DNA of 64,000 nucleotides from Acidobacteriota bacterium (GCA_040007095.1 JBDTVS010000181.1:1643-65642), one strand, 5' to 3'; shown: positions 27,444-36,833, numbered from the stretch's first letter. The notes: generated by a model not told the origin, from the sequence alone. Made by a program: numbers and translations.

Positions 27444-27641
27444 GTGCCTGCCTCCCCGCTGGTCTGTTATCCTGCTGGTTTCCCGGCCGGCGCCGCTGTT
27501 TTGGCGTTGTTTTCCGCCGCCATCATCGTGTGGAACACGGTCGCCTTGTCTCCTGCAGTCGCCATCATCGCGACCTGTCTTTTCGAGCGAGACGTGATGG
27601 GCGAGTGTCGCCCGATCGCCTGAGCGCTGAGATCAGTTTAG

Positions 27642-27831
27642 TGCCCACGTGCCAGGTTTAAAACCACCGGCTTTCAGCAGGTCCGGCCGTGAGATGTTTC
27701 GGACCGACGAGCACGTGGGCATCGTGCGAACCACGATCGTGACTATGGAACGGCTGCCGCACGCAGGCGGCGCGGTCTGCGACTTCCAGTCGCGCGCGGA
27801 GACTACCGCCTTTCAGGCGGTAGTCGTTCAA
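27642..27831 (-). mobile_element. Non-autonomous IS200/IS605-type element (subterminal hairpins only)
   Basis: Minus strand reads TTGAAC-GACTACCGCC-TGAAA-GGCGGTAGTC...GCGAC-TGGAA-GTCGC...ACCTGCTGAAAGCCGGTGGTTTTAAA. No tnpA or tnpB. Confidence 0.55.
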
Positions 27832-28021
27832 TGGGGTTTGGCGTTTGAACTGCCACTGATAGGCATGGCTTTCGGCGGCGCGTGGACCGCCCGAACCCGC
27901 GATGCGACCCTGCCCGGCCCTGCCCCGGCCTTGCCCCGGCCTTGCCGACCGGCTGTGCGGTGCGGCGGCAGGCGTGTGCGGCGGTGCGGATGCACGGGAA
28001 GCTTCGAAGTAAGATTCGTTC

Positions 28022-28213
28022 ATGGACGTCAAAGATCTGCGCTACGTGTTCCACTGCCTGAAATGCCCGACCGTGGTGACCGGGACGCTACCGGAGGTCG
28101 AGCGACACGGGTGGGTCGACGTCTCATCGATGACCCATCCCAATCAATGGTTGTGTCCAGCATGTTCCCGCGGCCTTCAACCCGCACCGGCAGACGAGCT
28201 GGTGGGGGGATAA
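28022..28213 (+). CDS. Small CxxC...CxxC (zinc-ribbon-like) protein
   Basis: 63 aa with CLKC and CPAC. Confidence 0.5.
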   Translation: MDVKDLRYVFHCLKCPTVVTGTLPEVERHGWVDVSSMTHPNQWLCPACSRGLQPAPADELVGG

Positions 28214-28284
28214 GGACCCGCAGATGAAGAACGTGCGCACGTTATTCATCTCCGGGTCCTAAGGACCAAGGCGGGTCCTAAGGA
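28213..28284. repeat. 48-bp near-perfect palindrome plus degenerate GGTCCT-N-AGGACC REP-like pieces
   Basis: 28213-28260 pairs at 22 of 24 positions. ggtcctaaggacc lies at 28255-28267. Confidence 0.75.
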
Positions 28285-28391
28285 GCGTCCTGTCACCCGC
28301 CGTCGATGTTCAGAAGTGCGGCGCAACGCTACCCTGTCGGGCGCGTTATGATGCGACGGTACGCACTTATTTCCTGACGAGCCCTGATCGA

Positions 28392-29378
28392 ATGAGACGC
28401 GTCCACCACGTGCTCGCCGTCGCCATGACCCTGCTGGTCGGTGTGCCAGCTTGCTCCCGGGACGGCCGGTCATTCTGGTCGTCGGCGTCCACCCGCACGG
28501 GTCCGCTGATTGCCGCTCGCACGACGATGGTGACGGCCTGGGACTTTCCGAGAAATCCGCTGACCGACGCGACGCTGGACGATTCCAAGTTGTCGAATGA
28601 AATCCGGTTGGGATTCCGGATCTTCACGAACACGCCAACCGAAGCCGCGCGGTTCACGCCGAGCAAGGTCTCGTGCAATAACTGTCATCTGAACGGTGGA
28701 CAACGCGAGCGATCGTTGCCGCTTGTCGGCGTGGCGGGGATGTTTCCCGAGTACAACCGGCGCTCGGGTCGGCTTTACACGCTCGGCGACCGCATCGTCG
28801 ACTGCTTCCTGCGGAGCGAGAACGCCACGGGACTGATCGAGGCGGGCGGGGGGCGGCGGGCCGGCGAGGAGGCCGGCGAGGAGGACAGCGAGATCGTGCC
28901 CGCGCCAACCTCAAAGGAAGTGCTGGCCGTCGCCGCCTACATCACCTGGCTCGCACGCGGCGCAGAGGTGGGGAAGAACCCCGCGTGGCGCGGCCAGAAC
29001 GTCATCACCGGGTCAAACGTGCTTCCGATGGAGAGGCTTGATACGCAGAAGGGCAGGGCGATCTTCATGGAATCGTGCAGCAGTTGCCACGGCGTGGATG
29101 GGCAAGGCGTCGCCGTCGGAGACAAAAAGCCTGGACCGCTGTGGGGGCCGGAATCGTGGAACGACGGCGCGGGGGCGGCCCGTGTCTACACGTTGGCGGG
29201 CATCATCCGCTATTCGATGCCGTATCTCAATCCTGGCAGCTTGACCGACGAAGAAGCGCAGCACGTGGCCGCATTCGTCGATGCCCAGCCGCGCCCGTCG
29301 TACCCGTTCAAGGCGCAGGACTATCGAACGGAGAAGCTGCCTGTCGACAGCGTGTACTACCCTAAACGCTCTCGCTGA
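28392..29378 (+). CDS. Diheme c-type cytochrome, TsdA (thiosulfate dehydrogenase)-like
   Basis: Two CxxCH (CNNCH, CSSCH), RIVDCFLRSEN, LWGPESWNDGAG, SMP, lipoprotein-like leader. Confidence 0.8.
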   Translation: MRRVHHVLAVAMTLLVGVPACSRDGRSFWSSASTRTGPLIAARTTMVTAWDFPRNPLTDATLDDSKLSNEIRLGFRIFTNTPTEAARFTPSKVSCNNCHLNGGQRERSLPLVGVAGMFPEYNRRSGRLYTLGDRIVDCFLRSENATGLIEAGGGRRAGEEAGEEDSEIVPAPTSKEVLAVAAYITWLARGAEVGKNPAWRGQNVITGSNVLPMERLDTQKGRAIFMESCSSCHGVDGQGVAVGDKKPGPLWGPESWNDGAGAARVYTLAGIIRYSMPYLNPGSLTDEEAQHVAAFVDAQPRPSYPFKAQDYRTEKLPVDSVYYPKRSR

Positions 29379-29389
29379 AGACCGCGCGA

Positions 29390-30613
29390 GTGATGTCGAT
29401 GACGATTACCCATCTTTGCCGCATCGTCGCAATCACGACCGTTCTCGGAGCCGTTGCTGTTGACGCCCACGGTCAGTTGCGGACTACGGTCTACGCCTCC
29501 GGGTTCAGGAATCCAGTCGGGTTCGTTCAGGATCCGACCGACCAGCGCGTACAGTTCGTCGTTCAACAGAACGGCCACATCCGGACGATCGAAAGTGGCA
29601 CCGTACGCCGCGCCGATTTTCTCGACCTCTCGTCCGTCGTGTCTTCAGGAGGCGAGCGCGGTCTGCTGGGCCTGGCCTTCCCGCCGGATGCCGCGACCAG
29701 CCGGCGATTCTTCGTGAATTTCACAGATGCGGCCGGGAACACCGTTGTCGCCCGTTTTCGGCGGTCGTCGGATCCGCTTGTCGCCGATCCCGTGTCGCGA
29801 TTCGATCTGCGATGGGGCGGGGCCGCCGGTCCGGCGTTCATCTTCCAGCCGTTCGCGAACCACAATGGCGGACATCTGGCCTTCGGTCCGGACGGGTATT
29901 TGTACATTGGGCTGGGCGACGGAGGTTCCGGCGGCGACCCTGGAGACTACGCGCAGAATCCGGCGGAGCTGCTGGGGAAGATGCTGAGGATCGACGTCAG
30001 CGTGCGCGATCGCGACCCTTTGGGTTACGCGGTGCCGCGCTCGAATCCGTTTCAGTCCGCCGCGCATCCCAGGTATCGGCCGGAGATCTGGGCCGTCGGC
30101 CTCCGGAACCCATGGCGGTACGCGTTTGACGAGATCACGCGTGGCGGCACGGGCGCACTCATCATCGCCGACGTTGGCCAGGATGCCTGGGAAGAGATCG
30201 ACTACGAACCAAGAGGGCGCGGTGGGCGCAACTACGGCTGGCGGAATCGGGAGGGCGCTCACGACTACAACCGCGCGCACCCGCCGGCGCTGGTGCCCGT
30301 CACTGAGCCGATCTACGAGTACAACCACTCGGTCGGCGAGTCGATCACCGGCGGCCTCGTCTATCGGGGTCGTGCGCTGCCCGCGACGAACCGCGGCCGC
30401 TATTTTTTCGCCGATTTCATCAGCGGTCGCGTGTGGTCGTTAGAGCTGACGACTGATCAGGACGGGGAAGGGCATGCGGCAGACGTCGTCGAGCACACGG
30501 CGGAGCTGAGCGACGGGACGCCGCTTGGGAACATCAGCAGTTTCGGCGTCGACGCGGCTGGTGATCTGTACATCCTGAGCTATTCGCGCGGCGCCATTCT
30601 GAAGGTGCAATAG
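29390..30613 (+). CDS. PQQ-dependent sugar dehydrogenase family protein, exported
   Basis: Motifs GERGLLGLAFPP, NHNGGHLAFGPDGYLYIGLGDGG, GLRNPWR, WEEID, NYGW, ISSFGVD. Exact start uncertain. Confidence 0.92.
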   Translation: MMSMTITHLCRIVAITTVLGAVAVDAHGQLRTTVYASGFRNPVGFVQDPTDQRVQFVVQQNGHIRTIESGTVRRADFLDLSSVVSSGGERGLLGLAFPPDAATSRRFFVNFTDAAGNTVVARFRRSSDPLVADPVSRFDLRWGGAAGPAFIFQPFANHNGGHLAFGPDGYLYIGLGDGGSGGDPGDYAQNPAELLGKMLRIDVSVRDRDPLGYAVPRSNPFQSAAHPRYRPEIWAVGLRNPWRYAFDEITRGGTGALIIADVGQDAWEEIDYEPRGRGGRNYGWRNREGAHDYNRAHPPALVPVTEPIYEYNHSVGESITGGLVYRGRALPATNRGRYFFADFISGRVWSLELTTDQDGEGHAADVVEHTAELSDGTPLGNISSFGVDAAGDLYILSYSRGAILKVQ

Positions 30614-30751
30614 CACGGGCTCGACGACACTGGCATCCGCTATCGGTCCAGACGGGAGACGACCCCCGCTCCGACCGGGCGAGCAGGGCTGCCGAGTACC
30701 GCTGGAGGAACGACGAGGCCATCGCCCCGTCGTGGTCTCCTCGGATGGCCG

Positions 30752-31015
30752 CTAGTCGGCGGGACCTGCCGATGAGTCGCTGACCGTCTCGGGCGAGGGC
30801 GCGCGCTTGGCTTTGCGCGTCAGGCGCACGCGCTGCGCGCGGGGTCCGCTGACCCGATCGTCAATCAGCTCGAAGCTCACGGCGCTGCCCACTTCCACGT
30901 CGTTGTATTTGGCGCCTTCCAGATCGCGACCGTGGAAGAAGACGTTCCGGCCATCGCTGGCTCGGATCACGCCACACGAGCGGCCGCGCGACAGTTCCGA
31001 GATGCGTCCCGTCAT
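30752..31015 (-). CDS. Divergent cold-shock domain protein
   Basis: MTGRI..., CGVIRASDGRNVFFH, VEVGSAVSFEL, GPRAQRV. The RNP1 aromatics are replaced. Confidence 0.8.
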   Translation of the reverse strand: MTGRISELSRGRSCGVIRASDGRNVFFHGRDLEGAKYNDVEVGSAVSFELIDDRVSGPRAQRVRLTRKAKRAPSPETVSDSSAGPAD

Positions 31016-31133
31016 TTCACGACCGCGCTTTGGTGCGATGTCTGAATTCCAAGATGTCATCATGTGGATGAATCCGTCTGATGCGCGCCGGTCAACGTTC
31101 CTCGCTGGCGGCCGTTCGACGCGCTGGCACAGG

Positions 31134-31325
31134 TTACTCGATCGGAACGACCGGTGCGTTCGGCGCCCGCACGACTTTCCTCGCCGCTACCTCCATTTGC
31201 GCCGTCATGATGACCTTGTGTGAGCCTTCGACCCTGGGGATGCATCCACGCATCAATTGAGCGGCGCGAAGTCCCGACAGTATGACGAACTCGAAGACGC
31301 TCAGCTCGGCTGGACGGTGAATCAT
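31134..31325 (-). CDS. RNA polymerase omega subunit-like small protein
   Basis: FEFVILSGLRAAQLMRGCIPRV...HKVIMTAQMEVAARKV follows the omega pattern. AAGGA RBS. Confidence 0.7.
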   Translation of the reverse strand: MIHRPAELSVFEFVILSGLRAAQLMRGCIPRVEGSHKVIMTAQMEVAARKVVRAPNAPVVPIE

Positions 31326-31356
31326 TCATCCTTCTTTCTAACGACAGGAGCAATGG

Positions 31357-31447
31357 GCGCGGCCTTTGGGCCGCGCTCGGCAAGGAGCTTTGGTGAGGGC
31401 TGAGGGCCGGAGTGGCCGCAGGGCTCACCAAAGCCATTTCTATTATA
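31357..31447 (-). promoter_or_regulatory. -10 box (TATAAT) and double-hairpin 5' leader of the omega-like gene
   Basis: attata at 31442-31447. Stems 31387-31397/31424-31434 (11 bp) and 31357-31364/31369-31376 (8 bp). Confidence 0.5.
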
Positions 31448-31668
31448 CCTCCCGATCGCTGCCTTCCGTCGCTGAAGTAACGGATCGTGCCAGGAAACGC
31501 ACGACGCGACTATCGGCGTGGAATCACCCGGACTGCAGCTTGACGGCCGCCCCTCCTCGCTGGCCGCGTTGCTCTTCCCTCAGATATTCCCGATATTCTT
31601 GGTCGTCGCGCCTTGCGATCCGGGCGCCGCGCTCCGGGACTTTTGCAACGAATCACGCTTCCAGGGCA

Positions 31669-33933
31669 CTAGACCAGCTTCTGCCGCGATAGGGGCAGGT
31701 CGCGCACTCGCTTGCCGGTGGCCGCGAATATCGCATTCCCGAACGCCGCCAGGACCGGCGGCACGCCGGGTTCGCCGACCCCCGTAGGCAGGGCGTCGCT
31801 GTCCATCAGGTGCACGTTCACTTGGACCGGGGCGTCGTTCATGCGCGCGACCTGGAAGTCGTTGAAGTTGCTCTGACGAATGCGGCCGTTGACTGCGGTG
31901 ATCTCGCCCGTCCGCGCGAGGCCGACCGCCATCACCGCCGATCCCTCCATCTGCGATCGCACGCGATCGGGATTGACGATCATGCCGGCGTCGACGACCT
32001 GCTCGACCCGCGGTACCCGGACGACACCGCGGCTGTCGACCTGGACTTCGACGACCGAGGCGACATACGTATTGAAGCTGCGATGCGCGGCGATGCCGAG
32101 GCCCCAGCCGTTGCCGGGCGTCCGCTTGCCCCATCCAGACCGTTCACCAGCGACCTCCAGCACCCGCCGCAGTCTGCGTGTATCGATCGGGTACTTGTCG
32201 TAAGGCGCCCCGTAGTTCGAGTAGTCGACACCCTGTGCTTTGAGGTCCAGGATCTTCCCCGGCCCGATCATGTCGAGCAGGAACTCGAGCGAGTCACGGC
32301 CGGCCGCCCGTGCCATCTCGTCGGCGAAACTGTGGGCCGCAAACGCGTGAAAGTTGTTGCTGACGGCTCGGAACCAGCCGATTCGGACGTGGGCATCGGC
32401 GGGTCCGTTTTCGGCGCGAATGTTGGCGACGTCGAACGGCAGGTCCACGAGTCCGAGGTCGAGCTCGAAGCTCAGAGGCTCGCGTGCATTCGGCGCAAAC
32501 GTCGAGGCGATCGGTGGAAACGCCGAGCGCTGGAGCCAGGCCGTCGGGCGGCCGCGGCCGTCGACGGCCGCCTTCTGATAGATCGCGGCGGTGGTGTGGT
32601 AGTAGTCGAATCGGATGTCGTCTTCGCGCGTCCACACCACTTTGACGGGCTTACCGAGCTGCTTCGAGAGCACCGCCGCCTCGGCTGCGTAGTCCGGCTT
32701 CGACTTGCGGCCGAAGCCGCCGCCGAGCAACGTCACGTGGCAGGTGACATCTTTCTTGTCGACGCCCACCGCGGCCCCCACGGCTTCCTGGACAGCCTGG
32801 GGGTTCTGCGTCGGGCACCACACGGTCACCTTGCCGTCGCGGAACTCGGCGACGGCCGCCGGAGGTTCCATCGACGCGTGCGCCGCCAACGGCGTGGAGT
32901 AGGTGGCCTCGAGCACCTTGCCGCCTTTGGCGAATTCCGCGTCGACGTTGCCGAGGTTTCTGGCGACCTTTGCCGGTTTGCTCACCGTGTCGATCAGTTG
33001 TTTCTTGAACGCCTCCGACTCGAAGCTCGCATGCGCGCCGTCGATCCAATTGACTTTGAGCTGCCGACGGCCTTTGAGCGCGGCCCACGTGTTGTCGGCG
33101 ATCACGGCCACTCCACCGAGCGGTTGGAAAAGGTGTGGCGGCTTGAAGGCCGCGATGGTCACCGTCTGCCTGACGCCCTTGACGGCGAGCGCGGCCTTGT
33201 CGTCGTAGTCTCGAACGGTGCCGCCGAGCACGGGCGGGTGCTCGATCGACGCGTGCACCATTCCGTCCCGGAACACGTCGAGCCCGAACTGTGCCTTGCC
33301 CGTAATGATGTTCGATTGGTCGTAGGTGGCCGTCTGCTTCCCAACGAAGCGCCAGGCCGTCTTCGGCTTGAACTTCAACATCTCACCCTTGGGGACGCCC
33401 ATCTTGGCAGCCGCCGGCACGAGCGCACCGTAGCCGAGCTTGCGGCCGCTCGGCGTGTGCACCACTTCGTGGTTCTGTGCGGCGCACTCGGATTCCGGCA
33501 CGGTCCACTGCGCCGCCGCCGAGCTCACCAGCATCGAACGCGCCGTGGCGCCGGCATGGCGGAATGCTTCGTAGAAATCCCGGATCGATCGCGAACCGTC
33601 GGTATTCTGGTCCCCGTATCTCGGATCGCCGATCCCTTGTTCGATGGTGACGCGACTCCAGTCCGCCTCGAGCTCGTCGGCGGCGACCTGCGGCAGGCTC
33701 GTGCGAATGCCGGTGCCCATTTCAGATCGGTGCGTGACGATGAACACCGAGCCGTCGGGTGTGATGCCGAGGTAGACGCTCGGGTTGAGCGGCGATGATT
33801 CCGCCTGGGTACGGAAGGGCACGGTTTGCGCCCACACCGACCTCGGGAGCACCTGCGCGGCCAGGACGAACGCCCCGGTGGAGAAGACGCCGCTGAGGAA
33901 TTCGCGCCGGCTGACGTTTTCGATGGCGCTCAT
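31669..33933 (-). CDS. Molybdopterin-binding subunit, xanthine dehydrogenase family (isoquinoline 1-oxidoreductase beta-like)
   Basis: Tat-like SRREFL, motifs [36 protein letters not shown]. Confidence 0.93.
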   Translation of the reverse strand: MSAIENVSRREFLSGVFSTGAFVLAAQVLPRSVWAQTVPFRTQAESSPLNPSVYLGITPDGSVFIVTHRSEMGTGIRTSLPQVAADELEADWSRVTIEQGIGDPRYGDQNTDGSRSIRDFYEAFRHAGATARSMLVSSAAAQWTVPESECAAQNHEVVHTPSGRKLGYGALVPAAAKMGVPKGEMLKFKPKTAWRFVGKQTATYDQSNIITGKAQFGLDVFRDGMVHASIEHPPVLGGTVRDYDDKAALAVKGVRQTVTIAAFKPPHLFQPLGGVAVIADNTWAALKGRRQLKVNWIDGAHASFESEAFKKQLIDTVSKPAKVARNLGNVDAEFAKGGKVLEATYSTPLAAHASMEPPAAVAEFRDGKVTVWCPTQNPQAVQEAVGAAVGVDKKDVTCHVTLLGGGFGRKSKPDYAAEAAVLSKQLGKPVKVVWTREDDIRFDYYHTTAAIYQKAAVDGRGRPTAWLQRSAFPPIASTFAPNAREPLSFELDLGLVDLPFDVANIRAENGPADAHVRIGWFRAVSNNFHAFAAHSFADEMARAAGRDSLEFLLDMIGPGKILDLKAQGVDYSNYGAPYDKYPIDTRRLRRVLEVAGERSGWGKRTPGNGWGLGIAAHRSFNTYVASVVEVQVDSRGVVRVPRVEQVVDAGMIVNPDRVRSQMEGSAVMAVGLARTGEITAVNGRIRQSNFNDFQVARMNDAPVQVNVHLMDSDALPTGVGEPGVPPVLAAFGNAIFAATGKRVRDLPLSRQKLV

Positions 33934-34385
33934 GCCCGCTCCTTTGCCGCCGCCTTGACCGCGGCGCGGATGCGCTGGTAGGTGCCGCAGCGGCAGATGT
34001 TGCCGGCCATGGCGCGGTCGATGTCTTGATCGTTGGGGTTGGGCGTCTGTTTGAGCAGCGACACGGCCTGCATGATCTGGCCCGTCTGGCAATAGCCGCA
34101 CTGGGCCACGTTGAGCGTCGCCCAGGCACGCTGGACGGGATGGCTTCCATCCGTGCTCAATCCTTCGATCGTCACGACCCGCTTGTTTTGCAGCGTCCGC
34201 ACGGGTGTCTGGCACGACCTGACGGCCAGCCCTTCGACATGCACGGTGCACGCGCCGCAGAGTCCCGCGCCGCAGCCGAATCTGGTACCGGTCAGACGAA
34301 GATCGTCACGGAGGTACCAGAGCAGCGGCATGTCCTGGTCGCCGTCGAACGATCGGTCGGTTCCGTTGACTTTGAAATTAACCAT
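33930..34385 (-). CDS. (2Fe-2S)-binding subunit (IorA-like)
   Basis: Motifs [28 protein letters not shown]. Overlaps the beta subunit start. Confidence 0.94.
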   Translation of the reverse strand: MVNFKVNGTDRSFDGDQDMPLLWYLRDDLRLTGTRFGCGAGLCGACTVHVEGLAVRSCQTPVRTLQNKRVVTIEGLSTDGSHPVQRAWATLNVAQCGYCQTGQIMQAVSLLKQTPNPNDQDIDRAMAGNICRCGTYQRIRAAVKAAAKERA

Positions 34386-34612
34386 ACGTGGTCTACCTCG
34401 TGGGTCGGCATTATCCCATGAACGTCCGTCACTGAGTCAGCGAGAAGATTGATCACCGGGCGCCGACGGCACCGGGCTGAAGACAGATTCCGACGATCTC
34501 TGTGCTTCGGTCCCGGGAAATGTGAACCGGCGATCCGACGGCCCAACCGAAGCCCGGCTGTAGCTGAACACCACATTCAGCACTTAGGCCGCAGGCTCAT
34601 CAATCAATCGAG

Positions 34613-34621
34613 TGCTATAGT
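34613..34621 (+). promoter_or_regulatory. Extended -10 promoter
   Basis: TG-C-TATAGT upstream of the small-ORF pair. Confidence 0.4.
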
Positions 34622-34787
34622 AATTGTGGTTTTCGAGGCTGAGCCCGCCTATAAGTGCGCACCGTGTCATCTACGGATCGTATGCGCCGACTGGCCCAAC
34701 TTTTCATCCGGTATCGAGCGCGGTTGACGCAACCACCAGCCGTTCGTGAATCTGGGCCGGCGCGGTCCCCGTTCGGCGTAACCCGAG

Positions 34788-34988
34788 GTGACGTTGATGC
34801 ATGATGAGTCCCCGCCGCTGGTCAAGCCGACGACGTGTCCGTTCTGCGCGTCGTCGCGTATCGCCGCGACGAGCGAAAAGATGGATGCGTCCACATATTG
34901 GCGCTGTGAGTCGTGCGGCGAGATGTGGAACCTTGGCAGGTTGAAGGGTTCGGCGCATCGGCAGAATTATCTTCCGCACTGGAAATGA
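34788..34988 (+). CDS. Small zinc-ribbon protein
   Basis: CPFC...YWRCESCGEMWN. GAGG precedes the start, which may be TTG 34794 or ATG 34797. Confidence 0.65.
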   Translation: MTLMHDESPPLVKPTTCPFCASSRIAATSEKMDASTYWRCESCGEMWNLGRLKGSAHRQNYLPHWK

Positions 34989-35022
34989 TTCTGAGGACCG
35001 CGCGGCAGAGAGGGGAGGGGGC

Positions 35023-35184
35023 GTGATTACAGTATGGGTCGTGGTGGGGTTGGCCGTCGTCGGCGTCGTCATTGCCCTCGTGACGTCATGGCAGCGTCGG
35101 GATCCGGATGGCGACCTGGGAGCGGTGAGCAATCAGTGGATTTCAGAACACCGGCTGGATCAAGAGTATACCCACAGGCATTAG
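35023..35184 (+). CDS. 53-aa single-pass membrane protein (not in the ORF track)
   Basis: GGAGG RBS + GTG: MITVWVVVGLAVVGVVIALVTSWQRRDPDGDLGAVSNQWISEHRLDQEYTHRH. Confidence 0.6.
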   Translation: MITVWVVVGLAVVGVVIALVTSWQRRDPDGDLGAVSNQWISEHRLDQEYTHRH

Positions 35185-35384
35185 CAGCCCGTGGTGAAAG
35201 TCTGGCGTCGCACCGAGACGGCATAGGCGCCTCGATGGCATGGCGCGATGGGTGAGAATATCGTGACCACGGCTGTTAAGCAGAGCACACGACTGGCGAT
35301 GCCCAGACCGCAGCGTCCGCGGAGCGTCCAACGTGAGGACTCTCCGCGGACGTTGCGTCCAGGTCTTGTTTCGGAACCGGGGTG

Positions 35385-35699
35385 TTACCAGCGCGGCTCT
35401 GATCGGTAACGGTTCTGCCCGCCACCGCCGAAGCCGCCGCCGCCGGAGCTCGGCTTCGGCCGCGCCTCGTTGACGGTGAGGCTGCGCCCACCCATCTGGT
35501 ACTCGTTCAGGTCCGAGATGGCTTTCTGCGCATCTTCATCAGAGCCCATCTCGACAAAGGCGAACCCGCGCGCGCGGCCCGTCGCCATGTCGCGCATGAC
35601 CTTCACCGATTCAACCGTCCCCGCCTTGGCAAACAGATCCTGAAGCTCCGTTTCGCCAACCTCATACGGAAAGTTCCCGACGTACAATTTTCGACCCAT
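35385..35699 (-). CDS. RRM (RNP-1) RNA-binding protein with Gly-rich tail
   Basis: RNP2 LYVGNF, RNP1 RGFAFVEM, motif LTVNEARP. AGGAG RBS. Confidence 0.95.
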   Translation of the reverse strand: MGRKLYVGNFPYEVGETELQDLFAKAGTVESVKVMRDMATGRARGFAFVEMGSDEDAQKAISDLNEYQMGGRSLTVNEARPKPSSGGGGFGGGGQNRYRSEPRW

Positions 35700-35887
35700 G
35701 TTCGCTCAACTCCTGTCGCAACTGCGACAAATGGCGCCGCGTCTGCGGCGCACGTCACTGATGGTCCAGACCGGACCCCTCGAATGGATTCGTCTCGTAG
35801 CTCGGCAGGACTTCAGGAGGAGCGAGTCAGGAGAAGGCTCGTTACACTTAAAGGCAGCACAGCACGCGGCAAGATCCTACGCGAGGG

Positions 35888-35896
35888 AGTGTATCA
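35888..35896 (-). promoter_or_regulatory. Extended -10 promoter for the RRM gene
   Basis: TG-A-TACACT on the minus strand, about 190 nt upstream of the ATG. Confidence 0.45.
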
Positions 35897-35946
35897 CACC
35901 AGAGATTGGCCACGGCGCAGCCCACTGAAAACTTGAAGGTCAGCAC

Positions 35947-36435
35947 TCAGCGGGCGAGCAGCGTGCGGACGATGGGATAGCGGCCGATTCGAGTCCATTG
36001 TCCGGAGCCGTATTTGGCGAACAGGTCGACCCTGGCATCGATGAATTGTGAATGACCGAGCAGCAACGGGCTCGAATCGAGTCCGGTATAGCCGACCGGC
36101 GATGTCACGGTCAGAGGCCCGGTCGCTTCCTTGGGCGCCAGGCCCTTGGTGCCTGCGGCCGTCACGAAGCTGCTGCCCCACTCGTCTTCCGCTCCGACCC
36201 GCCCGAACAGCGCATTCAATTGCAACACGCTGAGCGTTTCCTCGGATCCGTTCTTCAGCGTGAAGGAAATGGTCGGCACCAGCTTGGTCTTGCCCCCGAA
36301 GATGCCGGCGCTGACCCAACCGCTCGAAACCGTCTCCAATTCGAGGGTCCGCGCAAGATCGACGGTTCGTCCGCAGGCTGATGTCAGGGGCACGATCAAC
36401 AACAGCACTATCAGAGTGGTTTTCGGAACGTTCAT
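35947..36435 (-). CDS. Hypothetical lipoprotein
   Basis: MNVPKTTLIVLLLIVPLTSAC lipobox, beta-rich mature part. Confidence 0.7.
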   Translation of the reverse strand: MNVPKTTLIVLLLIVPLTSACGRTVDLARTLELETVSSGWVSAGIFGGKTKLVPTISFTLKNGSEETLSVLQLNALFGRVGAEDEWGSSFVTAAGTKGLAPKEATGPLTVTSPVGYTGLDSSPLLLGHSQFIDARVDLFAKYGSGQWTRIGRYPIVRTLLAR

Positions 36436-36833
36436 GTATGGTTTGACACCGAACCGGCGCGATCGTTCCGCGATTGCCAATCGCCGTTTGTCACACCAGT
36501 GCCACGGATTGAGCTGAGACACACTCACACACACTGTCGTCATGCGAGGGCACGCTGTCACCGATGATGAACGGATGACGCGAGTCGCGATTGGCGCGAC
36601 AGGGCGGCAGACGGGTCGGAATTTTTATGAAACGTCGTTGTGGACAGGTGTTGCGCCGCGAAGAGCTGGAGATCTGACAGGCCGCCGCCAGAATTCGCCA
36701 CCACGGGCTCCCCAAGAACTGATGTGTCCTTCGCATGACGACAACGAGGCGAGTCGTCGGAGCGCGAGCCTCAGGATGATCTCGCGATCGCCGGCACAAG
36801 GCGTGCACGAAACGCCGCGAGAGGTCCTCGTCC

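Noticed and set aside
27444-27640. Short minus-strand frame (MMATAGDKATVFHT...) upstream of the Rieske-FAD gene as a gene disrupted by the IS remnant
   Set aside because: An in-frame stop lies just upstream and there is no recognisable motif, so it cannot be supported.
33934-34251. N-terminal extension of the 860-aa Mo-subunit ORF; likewise 20575-20856 for E1 beta
   Set aside because: These overlap the upstream genes in another frame. The natural starts ([13 protein letters not shown]; MLETATPVR) couple to the upstream stops.
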